DNA of 64,000 nucleotides from an uncultured Mycoplasmatota bacterium (GTDB lineage Bacteria; Bacillota_I; Bacilli_A; RF39; UBA660): NCBI GenBank assembly GCA_900546715.1, contig UREA01000001.1, positions 9,141 to 73,140 of the forward strand, read 5' to 3'. Shown piece by piece: positions 1 to 9,526 of this stretch (position 1 is its first letter; each line of letters starts with the position of its first letter). The notes under the pieces were generated by a model. It saw only the letters and a program-made list of their open reading frames with translations, ran no database searches and was not told where the DNA came from. The position numbers and the translations under genes were made by a program.

Positions 1-361
1 TTCCAATAGCTATAGTTATAACATCGGCCTTGGCAAGTATTTGTTTTATGGGAAGTCTTGTAAATCTACCTAAAGTATTATCTTCTAGGTAGTCATTTAA
101 TTCATGTATTCTTAAGTGACCTTCTGAAAATTCATTATTAAAACTACCTAGTTTATTTTTCTTCTCTAGATATTCTTTGATATAATCATTAAAACTATTA
201 CCCGCAACATTATAAGGAGTCATACCTAGACTCAAGCCATCACCAATGCTTACTAAATCGATTTTAGATTTAACTGAAGTAGTATTTATTAGAAAAGTTA
301 TGGCTCCCCCGATTAATATTATTAATAATAATTTATATCTTCTTTTTAATTTAATTTTCAT
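1..361 (-). CDS. SGNH/GDSL-like hydrolase, membrane-anchored; 5' part only (gene continues beyond left edge)
   Basis: Own minus-strand translation from ATG 361..359: MKIKLKRRYKLLLIILIGGAITFL (TM) ... VSIGDGLSLG ... ADVITIAIG, resembling SGNH blocks I and III. Absent from the ORF track because it is open at the edge. Confidence 0.4.
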   Translation of the reverse strand, partial: MKIKLKRRYKLLLIILIGGAITFLINTTSVKSKIDLVSIGDGLSLGMTPYNVAGNSFNDYIKEYLEKKNKLGSFNNEFSEGHLRIHELNDYLEDNTLGRFTRLPIKQILAKADVITIAIG

Positions 362-395
362 ATTTTCCCCCATAAAAAAAGTATAATCTATTAAA

Positions 396-1649
396 TTATA
401 CTTCAACAATTTTTATCTTAGCACCAACAGCGGTAAGTTTTGCAATAATTCTTTCATAACCGCGGAGAATATGTTCAGCATCATTGATAATGGTTGTGCC
501 TTCAGCAATAAGACCTGCGGTAACAAGGGCTGCTCCAGCTCGAAGGTCTGTTGCAGTTATTTCTTCGCCATGCAAAGGTGTTGGTCCAGTGATTTCGGCA
601 TGTTGTCTTTCGGCTTTAATATTGGCTCCCATTTTATTTAAATATTTAACATGTCCCATTCTATTTTCCCAAATTGTTTCTTCAAATAGAGAGATACCAT
701 GAGCTTGAGTAAGCAAAACTGCCATAGGTTGACCTAAGTCTGTTGGAAAACCCGGATATACTACCGTTCTAACATTTGTTGGTTTTAAATTATCGGCTTT
801 ATTTAAAATAATTTTATGGTTTTGTAATTTAAAATTAACTCCCATTTCTTGTAATTTATTAAGTAAAACAATATTATGTTCTGGAATCATACCTTCAATT
901 GTTAAATTATCTCCTAGTAAGGCTCCCATAATGATGTAGGTGCCAGCTTCAATACGATCTGGTATTACTTTTATTTCAGCTCCATGTAGTTCATCTACAC
1001 CTTCAATAGTTATTTGTTCAGTACCTGCTCCCTTAATTTTAGCTCCCATATTATTTAGAAGTTCTGCTATATTACTTATTTCAGCTTCCCTTGCAGCATT
1101 CATAATATGAGTTGTTCCTTTTGCCATAGATGCTGCAATCATTATGTTAACAGTTGCTCCAACTGATGCGAAATCAAGGAAGATATCTGCACCTTTTAGT
1201 TCTTCGGCTTCGATTATATATTTACTATCTTCTTTAGTGATATTTGCTCCTAGAGCTTCAAAGCCTTTTAAATGTAAATCAATGGGACGAGAACCAATAT
1301 TACAACCGCCAGGAAAATACATTTCAACTTTTTTAAATCTCGCAAGTAGTGCTCCCATAAAATAATATGATGCTCGAAGTTTGTTACTTAAAGTTTCAGG
1401 TATTACTTTGTTTTCTAAATTACTTGCATCAATTTCAATTGTGCCACTACCACGATGAACTGATACATTTAATAATTTTAATATTTCAAGTAAGGCATCT
1501 TTATCAGAAATATTGGGAACATTTGATATTTTAACTGGACCTTTAGCCATAATAGCTGCAGGAATAAGGGCAACTACACTATTTTTTGCACCTCCAATCT
1601 TAATTTTACCACTTAGTGGATGATTTCCTTCGATAATGATTCTTTTCAT
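396..1649 (-). CDS. murA: UDP-N-acetylglucosamine 1-carboxyvinyltransferase
   Basis: 417 aa. N-terminus MKRIIIEGNHPLSGKIKIGGAKNSVVALIPAAI and active-site Cys loop FPGGCNIGSRPIDLHLKG are typical MurA signatures. Confidence 0.95.
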   Translation of the reverse strand: MKRIIIEGNHPLSGKIKIGGAKNSVVALIPAAIMAKGPVKISNVPNISDKDALLEILKLLNVSVHRGSGTIEIDASNLENKVIPETLSNKLRASYYFMGALLARFKKVEMYFPGGCNIGSRPIDLHLKGFEALGANITKEDSKYIIEAEELKGADIFLDFASVGATVNIMIAASMAKGTTHIMNAAREAEISNIAELLNNMGAKIKGAGTEQITIEGVDELHGAEIKVIPDRIEAGTYIIMGALLGDNLTIEGMIPEHNIVLLNKLQEMGVNFKLQNHKIILNKADNLKPTNVRTVVYPGFPTDLGQPMAVLLTQAHGISLFEETIWENRMGHVKYLNKMGANIKAERQHAEITGPTPLHGEEITATDLRAGAALVTAGLIAEGTTIINDAEHILRGYERIIAKLTAVGAKIKIVEV

Positions 1650-1693
1650 ACAACCTCCTTATAAGTTTTTTAGTAATTTCATTATATCACATT

Positions 1694-2227
1694 TTAGATG
1701 AAAAGGTGAAATATTCCTAAAATTAATAACAGAAATATGCCTAATATTATAGCATACTTTCCGATAAGTTTGCTACTATATTTTCCAATAATTATTCCTA
1801 AATAAGTAAATGATGCACTACAAAGAGCAAAAATAACACTAGCTATATAATAATTATTGGTTATATCATTTATACCAAGACCAACAGAAAAAGAATCAAT
1901 GCTTACACTTAGAGCAAAAATGAGTATGCCAATTATATTTAAATTAATTTCTGCTGATTCATCTTTAAAATAATGAATAGCTAAATTTATTCCAAGAACA
2001 ATTAGGACTGTACCTAAAATTATATTGCTAGCTAAATTAAGCAAATTAATTAAAGTAATACCTATAAAATTACCTAGAATAGGCATAAAAAAATGGAATA
2101 TTCCAACAAATAACGGCAATATTTTAATTAATTTATTTTCAGAAATAGTTCCTAAAGTTAGAGACAAAGAAAAAGTATCCATTGATAAAGATATTCCGAT
2201 TAGTAAAATGGATACTATTTCTCTCAT
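1694..2227 (-). CDS. MntP/YtaF-family (DUF204) manganese efflux pump-like membrane protein
   Basis: 177 aa polytopic protein with duplicated SxD motifs (ISLSMDTFSLS and LSVSIDSFSVG) characteristic of the MntP family. Confidence 0.7.
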   Translation of the reverse strand: MREIVSILLIGISLSMDTFSLSLTLGTISENKLIKILPLFVGIFHFFMPILGNFIGITLINLLNLASNIILGTVLIVLGINLAIHYFKDESAEINLNIIGILIFALSVSIDSFSVGLGINDITNNYYIASVIFALCSASFTYLGIIIGKYSSKLIGKYAIILGIFLLLILGIFHLFI

Positions 2228-2255
2228 GATATCACCTAAAAAACTATATGCAAGA

Positions 2256-2771
2256 CTAGCTAAATTTATCTATTATTTCTTTAATATATGTTGTATAAGT
2301 TACTTCATCATAATTTGCCTCACTTGCCTCAAGTAAGCAAAGCGGTGGAAATAATACACACCACCAATTATCACCAACACCTTCTCCTAAAGTGATTACT
2401 AAAGATTCATAATTGCCTTCTGCATAGTGAACTCCTTTATAAGTTTTTTCAGGAAAATAATTATTACCATAGTTGATATTATAATCTATATTATGTTTAT
2501 CAATTATTTCTTCTAACCTATACATATTTTCATTTATTAACTTTTTAGTATCATCATGATTATTAGAACTCATTAATATATCTGCTAACACTGGTTCTAT
2601 TTCCGTTTTAATTAAATATTTTTCTGTTTGATCTTCTAGAGTATTAGAATTTGCTATAATTCTAAATCTAATGGCATCACTTGGTATTAAAACTTCATTT
2701 TCATTTTTACTTACACACACTACTAAAGTTATTAAAAATAAAATAACAATTAGCTTTTTCAACATAATCAC
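2256..2771 (-). CDS. spoIIR: Stage II sporulation protein R
   Basis: 171 aa, signal anchor. IRFRIIANSN ... GDNWWCVLFPPLCLLE matches the conserved SpoIIR motifs (IRLRILANS, NWWCVLFPPLCF). Sits next to prmC-prfA as in Bacillus. Confidence 0.85.
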   Translation of the reverse strand: MIMLKKLIVILFLITLVVCVSKNENEVLIPSDAIRFRIIANSNTLEDQTEKYLIKTEIEPVLADILMSSNNHDDTKKLINENMYRLEEIIDKHNIDYNINYGNNYFPEKTYKGVHYAEGNYESLVITLGEGVGDNWWCVLFPPLCLLEASEANYDEVTYTTYIKEIIDKFS

Positions 2772-2802
2772 CTGATTAAATATTGTCTAATTGTTATTTA
2801 AT

Positions 2803-3546
2803 TTATTCATTAAAGATAAATAAATATCTAATTCTATTTGTTAGGTCACACTCAAATTTATAATTTGTAATGCCCTCTTCTTTTAAAAATTCTTCTAATA
2901 AATTTTCTTCATTATCTCCAATTTCAAAAGCCATAAAGCCATTTTTATTTAATTTATTTAGATTATTTTTAATTATTTTTTTATAAAAATAGATGCCTTC
3001 TTCATCCGCAAATAAGGCAATGCGCGGTTCATATTTTAAGACATTTTCAGCTACATAGCCATTCTTTGGAATATATGGTGGGTTTGAAATTATAATGTCA
3101 TACATGTTTTCAAGTGGTTTAGTAATATCACTTTCATAAAAATTAATATCAACATTATTTTCCCTAGCATTAAGTTTGGCTAAATCTAGAGCATCCTTTG
3201 AAATATCTATGGCAGAAACTTCAGAATCTAATTCTTTTTTTAGGGCTATAGCAATACAACCACTACCAGTTCCAAGGTCAATAATATTTATTTTACGGTT
3301 AAATTTTTTAGCATAATCTATAGTTTTTTCTACTAAATATTCAGTTTCGGGACGAGGTATTAAAACATTCTCTGAAACATTAATGAGACTATTATAAAAA
3401 TAAACATTGCCAATTAAATATTGAACTGGGTATCCGGACTTTATTTTGACAAGAATTTCTTCTATAGTTTTAGGATACTTTTCTTTTAGAAGTTCCCAAT
3501 CTTTAAAACTTAAAAATTCTGGTTTATTCAAATTTTTCTCCAGCAA
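2803..3546 (-). CDS. prmC: Release factor glutamine N5-methyltransferase
   Basis: 247 aa. SAM motif IIDLGTGSGCIAI and NPPY motif (IISNPPYIP). Overlaps the prfA stop, the classic prfA-prmC operon arrangement. Confidence 0.9.
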   Translation of the reverse strand: MLEKNLNKPEFLSFKDWELLKEKYPKTIEEILVKIKSGYPVQYLIGNVYFYNSLINVSENVLIPRPETEYLVEKTIDYAKKFNRKINIIDLGTGSGCIAIALKKELDSEVSAIDISKDALDLAKLNARENNVDINFYESDITKPLENMYDIIISNPPYIPKNGYVAENVLKYEPRIALFADEEGIYFYKKIIKNNLNKLNKNGFMAFEIGDNEENLLEEFLKEEGITNYKFECDLTNRIRYLFIFNE

Positions 3547-4588
3547 GTTTTAGTTTTAAATCTTCAGTTTGTAAAGCTTCAATGATTGGCTCTAAATCGC
3601 CATCCATAACTTTATCAAGATTCATTACAGAAAAGTTTATTCTATGGTCTGTTACTCTATTTTGTGGGTAATTATATGTTCTTATTTTTTCAGAACGGTC
3701 CCCAGTACCAATTTTTGATTTTCTTTCTATACCCATTTCTTGTTCTTCTTTTTGACGAATAGCATCATTTATTTTAATTTTAAGTAAGTTTAGAGCTCTT
3801 TCACGATTTTGAAGTTGGCTTCTTTCTGTTTGACAAGTTACAACTACACCAGTTGGAATATGGGTAAGTCTTACAGCAGAATTAGCAGTATTTACTGATT
3901 GTCCTCCTGCTCCACTTGAGTGATAAACATCCATTTTAATATCACTTTCTTTAATATCAATGTTAGATGTTTCAACTTCAGGCATAACCAAAACTGTTGC
4001 AGTTGATGTATGAATTCTACCACTTGCTTCCGTTTGAGGTACTCTTTGAACACGATGTGATCCACTTTCGTATTTTAGTTTAGAGTATACATTATCCCCT
4101 TTAACCATGAATTCGATTTGGGAAAATCCACCGCTGGTACCTTCAACAGCATGAATTACTTCAATTTTCCAACCATTATCTTCAGCATAATAAGAATACA
4201 TTCTAAATAGGTCTCCCGCGAAGATATTGGCTTCATCTCCACCAGCTGCTCCTCTTATTTCCATGATAACATTCTTGCCGTCGAATTCATCCTTTGGTAC
4301 TAAAAGAATTTCTAATTTTGCTTTTAATTCTTCTAGTTTTTGGGATAATTCTGTTATTTCACTTTGAGCTATATCTTTTAATTCTGGATCTTCTGCCATA
4401 GCCTCAGCTTGATGCAAATTATCATCAACTTTTTTGTATTCTTCATAAGTTTTAACTGTTTCTTCTAAATCACTTTGTTCTTTTGATAATTCTTTTAATT
4501 TATTAAAGTCATTTAATACTTCCGGTTTTACTAATTCTTCACTTAATTCATTATATCTTTTTTCTATTGCAATTAATCTATTAAACAT
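3524..4588 (-). CDS. prfA: Peptide chain release factor 1
   Basis: 354 aa. GGQ motif (HSSGAGGQSVN), PxT-type motif region (RVPQTEASGRIHTS), RF-1 length. Confidence 0.95.
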   Translation of the reverse strand: MFNRLIAIEKRYNELSEELVKPEVLNDFNKLKELSKEQSDLEETVKTYEEYKKVDDNLHQAEAMAEDPELKDIAQSEITELSQKLEELKAKLEILLVPKDEFDGKNVIMEIRGAAGGDEANIFAGDLFRMYSYYAEDNGWKIEVIHAVEGTSGGFSQIEFMVKGDNVYSKLKYESGSHRVQRVPQTEASGRIHTSTATVLVMPEVETSNIDIKESDIKMDVYHSSGAGGQSVNTANSAVRLTHIPTGVVVTCQTERSQLQNRERALNLLKIKINDAIRQKEEQEMGIERKSKIGTGDRSEKIRTYNYPQNRVTDHRINFSVMNLDKVMDGDLEPIIEALQTEDLKLKLAGEKFE

Positions 4589-4631
4589 AATTTCCTCCTT
4601 CTATTTTTATTAATAAATTATGGAAACTACG

Positions 4632-5075
4632 CTATAAGTTACTTTCGTCTTCTGGATCGTCCATTACAACAAAATCCGATAGGTCATCATCATCTACTAC
4701 ATCATCTGTTTCATCATCTTTGTCATAGAATATATCATCTTCTTCTTCAAGTTCAATATCTTCTTCAATGTCTTCTTCAATTAGTTCTTCTTCATCATCT
4801 TCATCTTCTTCAATAACAATATCTAATTTATGTCTTGATTGTAAATCCCAATAACCATTTTTTAACATAATAAATTTTTTATTGATACTCATAAGTTCAA
4901 AAAAATCTACTAATCTTTCATCAATAACTTCTTCAGGTAAATCTAAGACTTCACATACTTTTTTAAATATGTCTCGAAGTTTCATTTTTTTACCACTTTC
5001 TTGCAAAACTAAAGCTGCAATATCATCATAACCCATTAATTCTAACTCTTCTTTTGGCATTTCATTTAATTTCAT
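4632..5075 (-). CDS. rpoE: DNA-directed RNA polymerase delta subunit
   Basis: HARE-HTH-like N-terminal domain (EELELMGYDDIAALVLQE...YWDLQSRH) followed by a long Asp/Glu tail. Start moved to ATG 5075, which has GGAGAG 5 nt upstream; the track start is a GTG two codons earlier. Confidence 0.85.
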   Translation of the reverse strand: MKLNEMPKEELELMGYDDIAALVLQESGKKMKLRDIFKKVCEVLDLPEEVIDERLVDFFELMSINKKFIMLKNGYWDLQSRHKLDIVIEEDEDDEEELIEEDIEEDIELEEEDDIFYDKDDETDDVVDDDDLSDFVVMDDPEDESNL

Positions 5076-5086
5076 AAACACTCTCC

Positions 5087-6694
5087 TTACATTTTATCTG
5101 GTGGTATTACTCCAATTAAATCAAGGGCATTTTTAATTGTTTGCCTTACTGATTTAATTAGTAATATTCTTTCTTTAGTTATTTCTTCATCTTCTGTAAT
5201 TATCCTAATGCGTGAATAATAATTGTGAAAAGTATTTGCTAAATCATATACATAATTAGTAATTAAATGTGGTAGTTCTTTAGTTGCGGCATTTTTTACT
5301 ACTTCTGGAAATGCATATACTTTTTCTAACACATTATATGAATCTTCTTCATTTAATGCATCCATTTTTGCAGGTATTTCATTAAAATCATTTTCTTTTA
5401 AGATTGATGAAATTCTTGCATAGGCATAACATACATAATAAACAGGATTTTCATTTGATTTAGATTTAGCTAGATTAAGGTCAAAATCCATTTGTGTATC
5501 TAAGCTGCTTTTAACAAAATAGTATCTGGCTGCATTAATGCCAACCTCATCAATTAATTCTTTTAAAGTAACAGATTTGCCTGTTCTTTTGCTCATTTTT
5601 ACTACATCACCATCTTGGATTAAACGAACTAATTGTAAAAGTTTTACTTCAAGTTTTTCGGGATCATTACCTAAAGCTTTTACACTACTTTTAAGTCTAG
5701 CAACATAACCATGATGATCTGTTCCAAAGATATCAATCATTTTATCATAACCACGATTGTATTTATCTAAGTGATAAGCAATATCTGGAACTAAATAAGT
5801 TAAAGTTTTATCTTCCTTAACTAAAACATGGTCAACTTCATCAAATATACTACTGCATTTAAACCACAATGCTCCATCCCGTTCATAAGTATAACCATTT
5901 TTTGTTAATATGTCTATAATATTTTGTAAATTATATTTATTTCTTATTTCTTTTTCAGATGTATATACATCATAGTTGATACGATATTCTTTTAAATCAG
6001 CAATAATTTTCGCAATTAATTTTTCTGTTGCATAAGTTTTATAAAATTCAATATCTTTATCTAATAGAGAATCTTGATGTTCTTCATATAAATTTTTAGC
6101 CATTTCAATTATTTCTTTACCATGATATCCTTCATCAGGTAGCGGATAATCCTTACCACATACTTCATAGTATCTTGATTTTAGTGATTCACCTAAATTA
6201 TTTATTTGGTTTCCGGCGTCATTAATATAATATTCTTCAGTTACATCAAAACCCGAAAAACGCATTATGCGGGCTAGAGAATCACCATAAGCACCACCAC
6301 GAGCATTGCCTAGGTGAAGAATTCCCGTAGGATTGGCACTAACAAATTCGATATTTACTTTTTTACCATTACCAATATTTGATGAACCATATCTATCTTT
6401 TTCAGTGAGTACTTTTTTAATGTTTTCAACTAAATAATCTTTTTTGACAAAAAAGTTAATAAAACCAGGTGCTTTAACTTCCATTTTTGTTATGTTATCA
6501 TTATTTATATTTTCAACTATGAGATTTGCTATTTCTAAGGGATTTTTACCTAAAACCTTAGTTAATTTCATAGCAATATTAGTAGAATAATCACCAAAAT
6601 CTTTTTGTTTTGGTACATCTATTTCTACACTTATATCTTTAAAATCTAATTTTTTTAAACTATCATTTATAGCTTCAATAAGTAATTCTTTCAT
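5087..6694 (-). CDS. argS: Arginine--tRNA ligase
   Basis: 535 aa. HIGH-type motif (ANPTGILHLGNARG) and KMSK motif (VKMSKRTGK). DUF1934 gene immediately upstream, as in other Firmicutes. Confidence 0.95.
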   Translation of the reverse strand: MKELLIEAINDSLKKLDFKDISVEIDVPKQKDFGDYSTNIAMKLTKVLGKNPLEIANLIVENINNDNITKMEVKAPGFINFFVKKDYLVENIKKVLTEKDRYGSSNIGNGKKVNIEFVSANPTGILHLGNARGGAYGDSLARIMRFSGFDVTEEYYINDAGNQINNLGESLKSRYYEVCGKDYPLPDEGYHGKEIIEMAKNLYEEHQDSLLDKDIEFYKTYATEKLIAKIIADLKEYRINYDVYTSEKEIRNKYNLQNIIDILTKNGYTYERDGALWFKCSSIFDEVDHVLVKEDKTLTYLVPDIAYHLDKYNRGYDKMIDIFGTDHHGYVARLKSSVKALGNDPEKLEVKLLQLVRLIQDGDVVKMSKRTGKSVTLKELIDEVGINAARYYFVKSSLDTQMDFDLNLAKSKSNENPVYYVCYAYARISSILKENDFNEIPAKMDALNEEDSYNVLEKVYAFPEVVKNAATKELPHLITNYVYDLANTFHNYYSRIRIITEDEEITKERILLIKSVRQTIKNALDLIGVIPPDKM

Positions 6695-6696
6695 AA

Positions 6697-7029
6697 CTAT
6701 CCTTTCAATAAAATTTTAATTGTTTTTTCATCATCATCTAGTTTATATCTTAATTTAATTAAGTTATCTATTATTTCTAATTCCGATTCGATATCAAAAC
6801 TACATGATTCTCCGGTATCAAATGTAAATGAGCAAATATTGTTATTAAAATCTATTTCCATATTATAATCTTTAGCTGTTCTTTTATACAATTTATTTTT
6901 AAAATTTATAAGATTTGTCACATCATCTTCTAGAAATTTTAGATACTCTCCTTCAGCGTATTCACATAAAGCATTTTCTAAATTTATTATGTCTTCATCA
7001 TTACTTGTTAAGGTCCAATCTATTTTCAA
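6697..7029 (-). CDS. DUF1934 (YwiB-like) protein
   Basis: 110 aa acidic protein directly upstream of argS, the conserved position of ywiB. TTG start with GAGGTG 7 nt upstream. Confidence 0.55.
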   Translation of the reverse strand: MKIDWTLTSNDEDIINLENALCEYAEGEYLKFLEDDVTNLINFKNKLYKRTAKDYNMEIDFNNNICSFTFDTGESCSFDIESELEIIDNLIKLRYKLDDDEKTIKILLKG

Positions 7030-7059
7030 TAATAAGCACCTCGCTTTTTTTTCTAAAAC

Positions 7060-7088
7060 ATTATAGCATATGCTTTTATTATCCGCAA
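7060..7088 (-). promoter_or_regulatory. Sigma-A type promoter of the DUF1934-argS operon
   Basis: Minus strand reads TTGCGG - 17 nt - TGcTATAAT (extended -10), about 30 nt upstream of the DUF1934 RBS. Confidence 0.5.
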
Positions 7089-7148
7089 TAAAAAGTGATA
7101 AAAGTTTAATAAAAATTTAGTTAAAAACAAAAATCAAATAATTTTCTT

Positions 7149-7217
7149 TGTCGAATTTTGGCTTGTTTTGTCGAATCGTGTCGAAGTGCTTGCAAACAAA
7201 AAAATAACAGCTATAAT
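7149..7217 (+). promoter_or_regulatory. Three Spo0A-box heptamers (TGTCGAA) plus sigma-A promoter of small-ORF module A
   Basis: TGTCGAA at 7149-7155, 7169-7175 and 7179-7185 (spacing 20 and 10 bp), then TTGCAA (7190-7195), 16 nt, TATAAT (7212-7217). The same layout occurs at 12212-12280. Confidence 0.55.
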
Positions 7218-7327
7218 AGATAACCGTTACCTGTAATTGGTGCAGCGCCGACGGTCTTTTTAGCTAAAGACTCCAGGGGGTCATAGATATGATTCTTAAG
7301 AGGAGGTCAAGGTTGAGGAGACAGTTT

Positions 7328-7417
7328 ATGATTAGAATATTAAAATCCTATATCATGATAATTATTAATATTAAAATAAAATTTAGTATTAATAAGAAAG
7401 ACGCCACTAGAAAGTAG
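7328..7417 (+). CDS. Small ORF (29 aa), candidate type I toxin-like peptide, module A
   Basis: MIRILKSYIMIIINIKIKFSINKKDATRK with GAGGAG 7 nt upstream. Paralogous context to 12371-12457. Its 3' end is covered by a convergent antisense promoter and terminator. Confidence 0.35.
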   Translation: MIRILKSYIMIIINIKIKFSINKKDATRK

Positions 7418-7461
7418 CGCCAAACCAATTTCTGGCGTTACCCAATATGGGTAACACTTAC
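7391..7461 (-). ncRNA. Candidate cis-antisense sRNA (antitoxin-like), module A
   Basis: Minus strand: TTGTAA (7496-7491), 17 nt, TATATT (7473-7468). Downstream hairpins GTTACCC/GGGTAAC and CGCUAC/GUGGCG are followed by UCUUUCUUAUU. Overlaps the 3' end of the small ORF. Confidence 0.3.
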
Positions 7462-7501
7462 ATATATAATATACCAAATTTCAAAATAAATTACAAGTTA
7501 A

Positions 7502-8071
7502 TTACTCACAATTTCCGCCATTTTCCCTAAAATAGGTTTTAATATTTTCTACACTATGATCTATATTGGCCCAATCAGTAATATCTTTCAAATAAATTTG
7601 CATATTCTCATTACATTCTGGACAATCAAAATAATTATCATCCCCAATAGTTACAGTATAGTTATTATCTTCAATCGAACAATTTAGAGTTGCACTTGTA
7701 GCTTTATTACTAACTAATTCACTTGATTCTTTGCGAAAAACAGTAAAAGTAATAATACCTATAACCATCAACAAAATATATATAATAATAAGTATTCCAA
7801 AAACTTTAAGTATTTTAATAATTATTCCTGCTAGTTTTTCAGTATTAGATACTTTTTCTTCAATCACAGCTTTAATATCATTATCTAAAAGTTCATCAAT
7901 ACTTACATTAAGTATTTTTGATAACCCCTTTAATTGTTCGGGATTTGGTTGTGTACTACCAAGTTCCCAATTAGATATTGTTTGTCTAGTGACTCCTAGT
8001 TTTTCTGCTAAATCTTCTTGAGAATATCCTTTTTCCTTTCTTAATTTTAATATTTTGTTTCCTAAATCCAT
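7502..8071 (-). CDS. XRE-family HTH protein with a TM segment and Cys-containing C-terminal domain
   Basis: From ATG 8071: MDLGNKILKLRKEKGYSQEDLAEKLGVTRQTISNWELG (HTH_3), a TM segment (IIKILKVFGILIIIYILLMVIGIITF), then an extracytoplasmic domain. The track N-terminal extension lacks an RBS. Confidence 0.8.
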   Translation of the reverse strand: MDLGNKILKLRKEKGYSQEDLAEKLGVTRQTISNWELGSTQPNPEQLKGLSKILNVSIDELLDNDIKAVIEEKVSNTEKLAGIIIKILKVFGILIIIYILLMVIGIITFTVFRKESSELVSNKATSATLNCSIEDNNYTVTIGDDNYFDCPECNENMQIYLKDITDWANIDHSVENIKTYFRENGGNCE

Positions 8072-8159
8072 AATTTCTTCACCTCGATAACAATTATATA
8101 TTAGTACCATTTTTATATCTACCAAAATAGTTTGGAAATTACGCAAAGTTTTTTAACAT

Positions 8160-9485
8160 TTATGTATTTTTATGATTTTTCTTCCATTCTTTTATTTGTT
8201 CAAGTCTTTGTTTAAATTTAATTTCATTACCTTGAGTTGTTGGTTGATAATATGTTTTACCTAAAAGTGTTGGTGGCATACATTCCATGGTTGTGAGTTT
8301 ATCTTCATAATCATGAGCATATTTATAACCCTTACCATAATTAAGATTTTGCATAAATTTAGTTGGAGCATTACGAATTTGTAGGGGCACTGGTTCAGCG
8401 ATAGTATTTAGGGCATCCCTGCAAGCAAGCATATATGCAACATCACAGGCATTAGATTTAGGAGCAATACTCATATAAATAACCGCTTCTGCTAGGTGAA
8501 CATTACACTCTGGCATACCAATAAAGTGACATGCTTGATAAACATTTATTGCAACATTTAGGGCATTAGTATCAGCAAGACCTATATCTTCTGATGCAAA
8601 ACGAACTATTCTTCTAGCAATATAAAGTGGTTCTTCGCCCGCTTCAAGCATACGAGCAAGCCAATAAACGGCTGCATCAGGATCACTATTACGCATGGAT
8701 TTATGAAGAGCTGAAATAATATTATAATGTTCTTCCCCATCTTTATCATAAAGTAGTGTTTTTTTAGTTAAACATTCTTCAATATTTTCACGAGTTACAT
8801 GAATAACTCCATCTTTATCAATATCACTATTAGTAATAATCATATCAAGGGTTGTTAGGGCACTACGAGCATCGCCACTCGCAAATGTGGCAATAAATTT
8901 TAAATCATCTTCTGCTATTTCAACTTTACTTTTACCAAAACCTCTTTCATCAGTAATTGCTCGTTTTAAAAGGGTTAAAATATTTTCCACTGATAATTCT
9001 TTTAACACAAAAGTGCGACACCTAGATAAAAGAGCGTTGTTTATTTCAAATGAAGGATTTTCTGTTGTTGCCCCGATTAAAACAATGGCTCCTTTTTCCA
9101 CAAATGGCAAAAAAGCATCTTGTTGAGCTTTATTAAACCTATGAATTTCATCAACAAACAAAATAGTTTTAATACCTAACTTTTTGTTATTATCGGCATC
9201 TTCCATTACTTTTTTTATTTCTTTAATTCCTGATGTTACCGCAGAAAAATTAATAAAATCTGATTTAGTTTCATGAGCAATAATCCGAGCGAGTGTTGTT
9301 TTACCTACCCCCGGTGGTCCCCAGAAAATCATTGATGAAACATTATCGCTTTCAATCATTTTCTTGAGTATTTTGCCATTCCCAATCAAATGCTCTTGAC
9401 CAACAAATTCACTTAAATTTTTTGGACGCATTCTATAAGCCAGTGGTTCATATTTAACTTCATCAAAAAGTGATGCTTGTTCCAT
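8160..9485 (-). CDS. rarA: Replication-associated recombination protein A (MgsA/RarA AAA+ ATPase)
   Basis: 441 aa. Walker A GPPGVGKTTLA, Walker B ILFVDEIHRFNK, conserved MgsA C-terminal domain (HYNIISALHKSMRNSDPDAAVYWLARM). Confidence 0.9.
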   Translation of the reverse strand: MEQASLFDEVKYEPLAYRMRPKNLSEFVGQEHLIGNGKILKKMIESDNVSSMIFWGPPGVGKTTLARIIAHETKSDFINFSAVTSGIKEIKKVMEDADNNKKLGIKTILFVDEIHRFNKAQQDAFLPFVEKGAIVLIGATTENPSFEINNALLSRCRTFVLKELSVENILTLLKRAITDERGFGKSKVEIAEDDLKFIATFASGDARSALTTLDMIITNSDIDKDGVIHVTRENIEECLTKKTLLYDKDGEEHYNIISALHKSMRNSDPDAAVYWLARMLEAGEEPLYIARRIVRFASEDIGLADTNALNVAINVYQACHFIGMPECNVHLAEAVIYMSIAPKSNACDVAYMLACRDALNTIAEPVPLQIRNAPTKFMQNLNYGKGYKYAHDYEDKLTTMECMPPTLLGKTYYQPTTQGNEIKFKQRLEQIKEWKKNHKNT

Positions 9486-9526
9486 TTTATCCCTCCTTTT
9501 TAGTAATTAATATTATACAACAAAAT

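Noticed and set aside
3524-4588. Programmed frameshift in the release factor gene.
   Set aside because: The gene is prfA (RF1), a single uninterrupted 354-aa frame. The known +1 frameshift belongs to prfB.
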